A program made the translations under genes and the position numbers. Source: Salisapilia sapeloensis CBS 127946 (taxonomy: Eukaryota > Protista > Oomycota). Taken from it: 64,000 nt of DNA. This document shows positions 1 through 9,317 of the stretch, in pieces. The first letter of the stretch is position 1; every line of letters starts with the position of its first letter. Below the pieces are notes generated by a model that did no database searches, had not been told where the DNA came from, and saw only the letters and a program-made list of their open reading frames with translations. The stretch covers positions 1-64,000 of the forward strand of contig JAADVB010000015.1 in assembly GCA_023334545.1 (NCBI GenBank), in the 5' to 3' direction.

Positions 1-856
1 TAAGGTCTTCGTCCAGTTGTGGCACACTGGCCGTGTGAACCACAGCTCCAACCAGCCGAACAACCAGGCTCCTGTGTCCTCTAGCGACATCCAGGCTGAC
101 ACGTCTAGCTGGGCTGTCACGCCTGAAGGCCGTAAGGAGTATTCTATTCCTCGTCCGCTTGAAACGGAGGAAATCCCACAAATTGTCGAAGACTACCGTC
201 ATGCGGCTTCGATGGCTATGAAGGCTGGTTTCGACGGTGTGGAATTGCACTCCGCTAACGGATACCTTTTGGAGCAGTTCCTCTGTGATAACGTTAACAA
301 CCGTACGGACAAATACGGTGGTTCGATTGAGAACCGTGCTCGCATTGTGTTCGAGATCTTGGACGCTATTACTGACAAGATTGGCTCCAGCCGTGTGGGC
401 ATTCGTCTGTCTCCGTTCGGTTGGACCTTCGGCGCCACGGACTCCAACCCTGCTGAGTTGTACTCGTACGTCATCAAGAATTTGAACGACTACGACTTGG
501 CCTACCTCCACCTGATTGAACCGCGTGGATGGCATATTACGACGGAATTGGCTCCGAAGGAAGGCGTGACCAAGTACTTCCGCCCGGTTTACCACGGTGT
601 ATTGATTACATCGTCGTTCTACGGCCGTGACGAGGCCATCGATACAGTCGATAATGGAGATGCTGACCTCGTTGCTTGGGGCCGCTCGTTTATGGCAAAC
701 CCTGACTTGGTGAAGCGTCTGAGGCTCGACGCGCCTCTTAACGAGTACGACAGTAAGACGGCCTATCTAGGCGATGAGCGCGGCTACCTAGACTACCCAT
801 TCCTCGAAGAGACTGAGTATGGATCTGTGTACCGCGAAAACCCTGCATGGTCGTAA
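1..856 (+). CDS. Old Yellow Enzyme / NADH:flavin oxidoreductase (OPR/NemA-like), copy 1, 5'-truncated by the window edge
   Basis: The frame is open from the window start (KVFVQLWHTGR). It carries the OYE active-site motif ELHSANGYLLEQF, plus RTDKYGGSIENRAR and GYLDYPFL. Stop at 854-856. Confidence 0.95.
   Translation, partial: KVFVQLWHTGRVNHSSNQPNNQAPVSSSDIQADTSSWAVTPEGRKEYSIPRPLETEEIPQIVEDYRHAASMAMKAGFDGVELHSANGYLLEQFLCDNVNNRTDKYGGSIENRARIVFEILDAITDKIGSSRVGIRLSPFGWTFGATDSNPAELYSYVIKNLNDYDLAYLHLIEPRGWHITTELAPKEGVTKYFRPVYHGVLITSSFYGRDEAIDTVDNGDADLVAWGRSFMANPDLVKRLRLDAPLNEYDSKTAYLGDERGYLDYPFLEETEYGSVYRENPAWS
221..343 (+). repeat. 123-nt tract identical to 2059-2181 (OYE paralogues)
   Basis: Base-by-base comparison from aaggctggtttcgacgg to gaaccgtgctcgc shows no mismatch between the two copies. 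Confidence 0.85.
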
Positions 857-1499
857 TGATCCTGAATGGTGGCAAGTACTTCAAGAAATTTTGGGCACCA
901 TCATCATCTACCTAGATCGCTGCAACTTCTGCCTGCTCACGTTCATTTCATTTTTGTTTTCCTTTTTCTCATCTGCCTTGAAACGGACGCCAAGCGACTT
1001 CATTTTCTTTAGATTAGTAGGGAATTTCCTTTTCATCGAACAAGACATCTATCCCAAGCATTTAACGTGTTATGCTCGTGGAACCCTGGACAAGATCAAC
1101 TCATTAGCATGGTTGAACCACTACGACATAAAGCTGGGAGCATAAAACAGGCGCGTATCGGTGGAGTTAAAGTTATAAAACTAATATTTACTTTTAAGCA
1201 GGCGACAACCCAACCCTGCTCAAAAATTTGGAATCGGTTCCTGCTTTAAGCCAAATGTTACTTTTATAAATTTGCAACACTCTTGGTTGTATTTGAGAGG
1301 TAATGCAACTTTGCAGTCTTGATGCCCCGTTGAAAGAGCTACGACTTTTTGAAGCTTCAGCTACGTAATCCACTGACCGGTATCGGATACGCGATCGAGG
1401 TTTCTCCAGCTGTAGACGAATTTCACGACTTGTCAACCAGATTTTATGGTGTCCATGATGACCCTGGTTTCAAAAGCAGGATGTGCATGGATTTGAAAA

Positions 1500-1517
1500 G
1501 CTCATTTACGGATTTGC
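1500..1517 (+). promoter_or_regulatory. Oomycete-type Inr+FPR core promoter of OYE copy 2
   Basis: GCTCATTTACGGATTTGC matches the oomycete consensus GCTCATTYBNNNWTTY at 15/16 positions and starts 40 nt upstream of the ATG at 1540. Confidence 0.6.
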
Positions 1518-1539
1518 ATCATCGACAGTAACAAAAACA

Positions 1540-2682
1540 ATGACGGCTACCCCGAAACTTTTCACTCCATTCAAGCTTGGAGGCAAAAACCCGATCGAGC
1601 TCAAGCATCGTGTTGCCTACGCTCCGTGCACGCGCCTTCGTGCCAACGACGCCGGCGAGCAGCCCGCCATGGCTGCCACTTACTATAACCAACGCTCGAC
1701 CGACGGTGGTCTGATCGTGACGGAAGCGACGAATATCAGTGCCACTGCCAAGGGCTACCACGGCTCTCCGAGTATCTACACGGATGCCCAAGTTGAGTCG
1801 TGGAAACCTGTGACGAAGGCCATCCATGACAAAGGTGGTAAGGTCTTCGTCCAACTATGGCACACCGGCCGTGTGAGCCATACTTCCAATCAACCAAACA
1901 ATCAGTCTCCAGTTTCCTCTAGCGACATTCCGGTGGATGCGTCCAGCTGGGCTGTCACGCCTGAAGGTCGCCAGAAATACTCTGTTCCTCGCCCACTGGA
2001 AACTGACGAAATTCCCCAAGTTGTTGAAGAATACCGTCATGCAACCGCTATGGCAATCAAGGCTGGTTTCGACGGTGTGGAATTGCACTCCGCTAACGGA
2101 TACCTTTTGGAGCAGTTCCTCTGTGATAACGTTAACAACCGTACGGACAAATACGGTGGTTCGATTGAGAACCGTGCTCGCTTCTTATTTGAAGTGATGG
2201 ATGTTGTCACGAACGAGGCCGGTTCCAGCCGTGTGGGCATTCGTCTGTCTCCTTTCGGAAACACCATAGGTGCGACGGACTCCAACCCTGCTGAGTTGTA
2301 TTCGTATGTCGTGAAGAAGCTAAACGATTACAATTTGGCCTACCTGCACGTGATTGAGCCACGTGGGTATCACACGACGACGGAGCTAGCTCCAAAGGAA
2401 GGCGTGACCAAGTATTTCCGTCCGATGTACAACGGCGTGCTGATGACATCGTCGTTCTTTGGTCGCGATGAGGCTATCGAAACCGTTGAAAATGGAGATG
2501 CTGACCTCGTTGCCTGGGGTCGTGCATTCATCGCAAACCCTGACTTGGTGAAGCGATTGAAGCTTGACGCGCCATTGAATGAATTTAACCGCAAGACTGC
2601 GTATTTGACCGGAGAAGAAGGGTATCTAGACTACCCGTTCCTCGAAGAAACTGAGTACGGATCGAAGTATCTACAGAACTAG
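1540..2682 (+). CDS. Old Yellow Enzyme / NADH:flavin oxidoreductase, copy 2 (tandem paralogue)
   Basis: Intronless ORF; ATG at 1540 (MTATPKLFTPFKLG). Motifs APCTRLRA, GLIVTEAT, QLWHTGR, HSANGYL, AWGRAFIANPDL. Confidence 0.95.
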   Translation: MTATPKLFTPFKLGGKNPIELKHRVAYAPCTRLRANDAGEQPAMAATYYNQRSTDGGLIVTEATNISATAKGYHGSPSIYTDAQVESWKPVTKAIHDKGGKVFVQLWHTGRVSHTSNQPNNQSPVSSSDIPVDASSWAVTPEGRQKYSVPRPLETDEIPQVVEEYRHATAMAIKAGFDGVELHSANGYLLEQFLCDNVNNRTDKYGGSIENRARFLFEVMDVVTNEAGSSRVGIRLSPFGNTIGATDSNPAELYSYVVKKLNDYNLAYLHVIEPRGYHTTTELAPKEGVTKYFRPMYNGVLMTSSFFGRDEAIETVENGDADLVAWGRAFIANPDLVKRLKLDAPLNEFNRKTAYLTGEEGYLDYPFLEETEYGSKYLQN

Positions 2683-3862
2683 GCTGGTCATATGTCTCGG
2701 AGATTAAACTGAGACTATTGAGAGAAATAATCTCATTAGGGAGGTTGAAAGTTAAAGATCTATTTCGACTGTGGCCTTGCTTATACTGGTTCTCGCAACA
2801 CAAAATACGAAGCAGCTGAGTCTGCTTATTTGTAGCTTTGGCCTGACTCGCAATTGATGCTCGATCCTGCTTCGAGTTCGAGCAATCGCCAGCAAAATTT
2901 AAATTTTACTTTTACAACCTTGGCTATCCCTCATGTAATATAAAATAGAGCTATAAGCTAAGTTTGTTAGAAAGACTTCGCAACATTGTTTAAGTAATTC
3001 CGTTCTCGAGCAAAGAATGCAAGAGGTGGCATAGCCGGAATAGTGAGTGCAGACTTTTAATCCTAGTCTATGGGATAACATCTACAATGGCAAAGGGAAA
3101 TTTAATTAATAACTTCAAAGAAGAATTATAAATATTAATAAAAAAGCTTAAACCAAGCATGGAATGAACGCCATGTTTGTGTTCCCGATGTGGTAAAAAT
3201 CTGGCTTGTGGCCGTATTGGTAAAATGGAAACTCGTCGCGAGTGATGATGATAAGATTTGAAGTGATGCACTCGGAAGAGTGTGTGGATTGATACGTTGG
3301 TAACCGCAGTTTTAAAATGGGAAGTTTTGATGACTCTAGCCATGCCTTCCTTTAGTTGTGAATGAACGCAAGTTCAACATTGACCAGCATGCGCTTGCTT
3401 GAATTGTCGTTCCACTTTTGGCTTGATTATCAAATGGAGTCCGAAAATCGAAACGAAAAATTAAAGCTGTTGTAGCTAGATATTTCTCATAGTTTTACAA
3501 CCAGAGCCCAAAAGCAAGCGATAAATAAGCCGAAGTTGTACAAAAGCAACTCTGCTCATTCCTTGTTACAATGCACCTTATGAGAATACAGTAAGAATAT
3601 AACAGTAACTCGGGCAAGAGTGAGACAGGTGAGGTGTAGTATTCGAATGAAAAGAGCATATTGATGACGTAAATCCGCCTCAAAATCTCCACCACAATTA
3701 GCATAGGTGTCATCAAGCAGGAGTGATAACTAATCTAAAAATAATTAAACGTTTCTACTTTCATGCGTGTGTAACAGCTACAGACTTCATTGCCTTGATC
3801 AGACGCTCAATCTTCAATTTATATCAAACTGCTCTGTAAGCGCACCAAGTAATCACTTTAAC

Positions 3863-4702
3863 ATGACCGACGTTTCCGATAAGCTTCTCAAAGTCCGTGG
3901 TCTTGCCGTCCGCCAGGTAACTCAAATCGATGAAAGTATTGCTCAATCGATGGGCATTCCTCTGGAACAACGAAACAAGTATCGGATTATGGCCCTACCT
4001 TCTGACAAAGCCGTAAAGAGCGAACCAAAAGATAAAAACGGTTGGGAGCCAACATCCAAAGAACTGGAAAGTATGGAAACGTGGATGTGGTCAATGGAAG
4101 AAAGTAATGCGTGTCTTCGAGTTTGTCTTACATGCTTTGGCATTGGTAGTTTTCGCCCTCTCAAGCTTCATTTCTCGGTGGATGTCGGTACCGGCGATGC
4201 CTATGTTATTGACCGTCCTTTTAAGTGCGGCGGTGTTTGCTGTCATCCACGTGAGATGAGTGTTCAAGACAACCAAGGTAAACGCATTGGCCGAGTGCGT
4301 GAAGACTTCTCGCCTTACCTTTGCAAATGTCTTGCTGCTGCCTGCCTCTGTACGACATACAAAGACATTGAATGCAGTACTACCTATGGTGGTTTCGAGA
4401 AGAAATACAAGTTGCGCACTAATTTTAGCTGCTGTGGAAGAGTGAATAACTGTTTCGGTGGAACATGCTTGCGGAATGATGCCGTCTTTGATATCCTTGA
4501 CCAGGAAGGGAAGGTTGTGGCACATATGCAAAAAACGTTTGCTGGATCAGACGATTGCTTCAACGCTTTTTGTCGCATGATGTATCAGTATAACAATTAC
4601 TTGCTCGAGTTTCCGGAGTATTCGTCCACAAACGACCGCATGTTACTTCTAGCGGCAATATTTCAATTGGACTATGAGCTTGAGGCGCAAGGCGATAAAT
4701 AA
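3863..4702 (+). CDS. Cys-rich phospholipid scramblase-like protein, paralogue 1
   Basis: Intronless ORF (ATG 3863). Scramblase-like segments IDRPFKCGGVCC, IGRVREDF, FDILDQEGKVVA and YLLEFP, and C-terminal helix DRMLLLAAIFQLDY. Confidence 0.75.
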   Translation: MTDVSDKLLKVRGLAVRQVTQIDESIAQSMGIPLEQRNKYRIMALPSDKAVKSEPKDKNGWEPTSKELESMETWMWSMEESNACLRVCLTCFGIGSFRPLKLHFSVDVGTGDAYVIDRPFKCGGVCCHPREMSVQDNQGKRIGRVREDFSPYLCKCLAAACLCTTYKDIECSTTYGGFEKKYKLRTNFSCCGRVNNCFGGTCLRNDAVFDILDQEGKVVAHMQKTFAGSDDCFNAFCRMMYQYNNYLLEFPEYSSTNDRMLLLAAIFQLDYELEAQGDK

Positions 4703-5085
4703 AATGAAGGTCAACATCGACACTGAGGATGATATGAAACCATCACGTTTACTTTTATTTCATTATTGAGTCGTAGTTTGTTTCGTTGAGATAAGTATTC
4801 ATCCATACAAGCACCGATTAAATTATAAAATCTAGTAAGAAGTGCAAAGTACTTTAAGGAAGGAGTGGAGATTGAGAACACTCGTCAAGTGATTTCACCA
4901 CCGATGTTGCTTGATACGGCAACGGCTACACTTACACTTTCATCCAAGCAATGCAACATAATTTGCATTCAGAATGACATAGCTGACAAGTCGATACTAA
5001 TTGACACTGGCTCGTAAATTCAAACAACTTTGTATGTCAACCTCTCATTTCTATTTGATCCATATCTGGACCCAAATCTTCTATC

Positions 5086-6915
5086 TCATACCCTCCAAAT
5101 GGCATCCGACATTTTAGCAACGTCCACCATCTCCTTCGCATCGTGCACACGAAGGATGTCCGCTCCTTGAGAAATCGCAGCACTGCAGGTAGCAGCTGTC
5201 CCCCATGCGCGGTCTTTCGGCTCGGGTCGTCCACAAATCGTACCAATGAATCCCTTCCGAGACGTTCCAACCTAGTGCAATTGATTATAAGTACTATGTC
5301 TCGATATAAAAATTTATAAAAATACCAAGAGTGGAAGGTCATAGCATTCCGCTTTGACTTGAGACAAGCTTCGTAGCAACTGCAGGTTAAGTTCCCCTCC
5401 TTTCGCAAACCCGATTCCCGGATCCACGACGATATTCCATCTCCATACGCCGGCTTTCAGTGCTGCATCCACACGCTCCCGAAGCCACGTAGACACATCA
5501 GTAACCACATCGTCGTATTCCTATCACATCATCGTCATCAATAAAAATCATTTCGAAATAAATTATCAATTCCTACTTTCAATGTTGTCATCGTCTGTGG
5601 TGTCCCTCGCATATGCATGAGTACAATCTACATTTCCCCTTAGTTTTTACATCTTACATGTATGTGTAGATTGTGATATACAGGAACGCCGAGCTGGGCG
5701 ACAGTTGAAAGCATCTTCTCGTCCGCCAAGCCTCCACTGATGTCATTCACCATATTGGCGCCTGCTTCTATAGCTGCTTTTGCGACCTCTGCTTTCGATG
5801 TGTCTACACTGATGCTTAACTTGTCACTGCCAACTCGTTCACGAATTGCTTGGATGACAGGAACGACTCGAGTTTTTTCTTCCTCTGCACTCACAACGGC
5901 GGCCCCTGGTCGACTGCTTTCGCCGCCGATATCAACGATCGACACCCCATTTTCCATCAAATCAATGGCTTTTTCTACTGCTACGGAGATACTTGGCAAG
6001 TCATTTCCATCGCTAAAGCTGTCTGGCGTCACGTTTAAAATGCCCATGACATAGGTTTGAGATGTGAGTTCAAGGCAACTGGTTTGAAGAGGTAGGATGG
6101 GTTTGGGAGGGGTTTCGGAAGATGGAAGAGATGAGAGGAGTGTGGCCATAGTCTTGGACAAAGTCGGATGGAGAAAATCTGTCGCAAATGGAAGAATACG
6201 ATCAGTATTGGAGGGAAACGGAAGGAGATATTTAATGGAGGTACCTGGATTCACATCACAAAATGGATAGAGTACAAAGTCTCGCTCGTGAATTTTTTCA
6301 TGTGGCACGATGAGCGGACCTTCACATGTTTCCGTAACGACTGCCTCGTCTCCGTAAAAAAGCAAGTCGACATCAATTGCTCTTGGGCCATACCTGTTGT
6401 AAAAGAATTTAGACTATCAAAAGATAAGTATGTTTATCTTTATCTACCGGAAAGAGTCGACACGACCAACGTCACGCTCGATCTTTTTAAATGCTTCCAA
6501 GACTTGGATAGGCTCCATGTCCGTCTCCATTTGGACCACGATATTGTAGAAACTCGGCTGATCTTCAACATATTGCGGTGCCGTTTGGTACATCCTCGAT
6601 GTCTTTTTAATTAAGCCGACAGACACTTGTAACTGCTCTAATGCAGCCTCCAAATTCTGCACCTTGTCGCCTACAGATCCACCCATGAAACCACATAAGC
6701 TTCTAATTCTGACCAAAAGCACCCCTCACATGCAATTTTCTTTATCATGTGTATTAGCACGTACCTAGGTTCGTTCCCAAGGCTGCATATAAAGCAGTTG
6801 GAGGCTTCATCGAAGCACGAGAGGCGGCGATGCTGGTCATGATGTCAAAGAAATGCCGAAAAACTTTAGTTGTCGAAAAGGTATGCAATGCCACTCTAAA
6901 GTTATACATTGCCAT
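5086..6915 (-). CDS. folK-folP: Bifunctional HPPK-dihydropteroate synthase (folate synthesis), spliced from 7 exons; no DHNA domain
   Basis: Spliced translation gives the HPPK motifs YAALGTNLG|DKVQN, YQTAPQY, RYGPRAIDVDLL and PHEKIHERDFVL. It gives the DHPS motifs MGILNVTPDSFSDG, DIGGESSRPG, MHMRG, DPGIGFAK, GTSRKGFI and LRVHD. Stop at 5086-5088. In-frame ATGs at 6915, 6909 and 6840. Confidence 0.95.
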
Positions 6916-7185
6916 TCAGACACGATAAAACGTCGAGATCGAGGTCCATTTGATCCCTGTACATCGTCTCTCTGCACCCGTATACGAAGGACAGAATGCC
7001 TGAAAGTAAGTATCACATGAAGATGTGTCTCGTAGCTACCCACTGCTTCGTTATTTGCCGAATATTGTACACTTATGGGGTATTAACGGGACATTTTGTA
7101 TAGCATCGTTGGATGACTCGAAATTTTACTTCTTCCGGGACCACAGTGATCGTATGCTGCTTGCTACTGCTGAATATACGTCTAA

Positions 7186-8229
7186 ATGGAACCTTTAAAG
7201 CTTATGGTGTACATAGTGGAACCCGAAGCTGTGGATTATAGGTCCTTGATGGCTCATTACGACCTCGAAAAGCCTCTGGAGGAGCTCCGGTCGAAAGAAC
7301 TGCCTTCTACGTACTCCCACTTACTTCGTGGCGTCGGTCAAGGCTCGTCCGAGACATCTGAGACAAAAGGAGGACTCGCTGCTTTGCTTGATGGTGTCCC
7401 ATTCGACCGTCCGATCGAACCCATCCCAGAGCACGTCTTGAAAAGTGCTCTCCAACTACCTCCAGCATCTAAGAGAGGTCCTAAATACCAAACCGATGGT
7501 CAGCTTCCTTTATCCGTATATTTATGGGCAATGCTGATCGCGCTGGAGTAGGTAAAAAGTCAGGACTGGTCCATCCTCCTCCGTCCGGAGGGTCTGACGG
7601 TCGTGGAAAGCGTCCTCGTGACGACGCAGAACGTCGAGAGAAGAAGGAGAAGAAGAAGCGTAAGCGTGAGAAGGAGACGGCTACTATCCTCCAAAAAGTG
7701 TTAGCTCCTCTCGTGAATGAATTGCGTGCTTTGACGTGGGAAGGATGGGTCGTGAATGGCAAGCCAGCAAACCCATTCTTACAAGTGTGTTGATCCTACT
7801 TTATGCACGTAAGAAAGTCCTAACAATACTCTTAGAAAATCACGAAGGAGAATTGCAAACGACTTGGTGTCCCCAACTATTTTGACTTTGTCCAGGCGCC
7901 GATGGACCTCACTCGCATGAAAGTATGCAGACATACACAGTGCCTCGTGTATGAAAATGATCTTACGCTAGTGATAGGAAAAAGTCGAGAGAGCAGAATA
8001 CATCAAGATTGATCAGTTTACGACAGATGTCCACTTGATGGTGCATAACGCCAAGACGTTCAATCGGATTGGAGAACCAGTGCATGAGATGGCAGTCGAG
8101 ATGGAGCAACTGTACCATCAAAAGGTACCTTCGTACCAGCAAACGTTTGAGAGTTTGTTGCAAGAGCGAAAGAGACGGAAGAAGGAGAAGAAGAAGAAGA
8201 AAGTCGAGAAGAAGAAGGGAACTGCTTGA
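7186..8229 (+). CDS. MED19: Med19-like N-terminal domain + Lys-rich linker + C-terminal bromodomain (4 exons)
   Basis: Intron 7499-7551 plus two later GT-AG introns. The bromodomain is clear (NPFLQKITKENCKRLGVPNYFDFVQAPMDLTRMKEKVESREY...VHNAKTFN). The N-terminus SLMAHYDL...ELPSTYSHLLRGVG...IEPIPEHVLKSALQL resembles Med19 as recalled. Bromodomain confidence is about 0.9, Med19 about 0.65. Confidence 0.7.
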
Positions 8230-8248
8230 ATACAATCTCTTACTCGTT

Positions 8249-9057
8249 CTATATCATGAGTTCATCGGTCTCGGAAGACGTATCTGCAACTTGAACTCGA
8301 TAGGTTGGAGTCACAGGTATCCACCAGAGCCATACGTCGTCTCCAAAGTAGACGCGAGCGTTCCGATAGAGCTCGTTGTGCGGGAGCTCTCCTGCGTTCA
8401 TGGTTAAAAAGTCGAGCGTCGTGCGTCCTGTGTGAAGGAGCCAAATATTGAATACAAAGTAGCCGCCTAGTACAAAGACAGCGACAAAGGAGAGAAACCA
8501 CGTGACGTAGAGCAAATGGAGCGTCGGACGCGGCAGTGGCGTGGAGGTGGAGAGGAAGAGGAGGTGCGTATTTAGCAGATTGAAAAGTAGACAGCTCACG
8601 GACGTGTACAGGACGAAGAGCAAAAAGTACTTCTTGTTGCTCCAGCCGATGCAATTGTTGACCCACGTGCAGTGGTGATCCTATACTCAATTGTAGGCTA
8701 AGCAGGGCTACTCGCTCGTAAAGTTATAGAGTAGAGTACCATCCAGTAGACGCAGGTATTGCAAATAGAGCAATGGTGAACTCTGTTTTCTTTCTCCCGG
8801 TCACATCTTTCGCAGTAGCGAACTTCAGAGTCATCATTACTATCTGGTGAAGGCTTGAGGGAGGCAGAATGGACTCTGGGTGGATGACTTGTGACGGGCT
8901 CTAAAAAGCATCGGATGTAGCTCCACAGCATGAGGAATGCTAGGGAAGCGTACACTACATTGGCAAGTAGATGAGCGTTGTGAAAGATGGTGAAAGCCCA
9001 TGTGAAGAGCTTTAGAGCCATCAGAGAGATGGCAGTAAATGCGACGATGCCTCGCAT
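8249..9057 (-). CDS. DHHC-family protein S-palmitoyltransferase (2 exons)
   Basis: [26 protein letters not shown]|[22 protein letters not shown], a TTLD (TTxE-like) motif and flanking transmembrane segments. Confidence 0.95.
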
Positions 9058-9317
9058 GCTGCCGGTTGCGTGTTCTCCACTGTGTTTGAGATTGGTCTGT
9101 CTTACTATTTTACCCCTACTTTATATTTGGAAAACGTTGTGGCATTCAGATAGCATTTTTCGGACATCATACTTGAATCTGATAATGGCTACATATTCTT
9201 CTGAATGAGCATCTTGATCCTATTGGCATATGCAAATGTCCGTTAAGCTACAGTGCATTTACAATATAGATGGAAGGGGAAAATAAATGAAAGCAGTGTG
9301 TACAAATGTCCACTTGG

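Noticed and set aside
6179-6244. Stop-free 66-nt (3n) intron in HPPK-DHPS as regulated intron retention
   Set aside because: It has canonical GT-AG ends and a pyrimidine tract. Short 3n stop-free introns arise by chance, and there is no evidence of retention.
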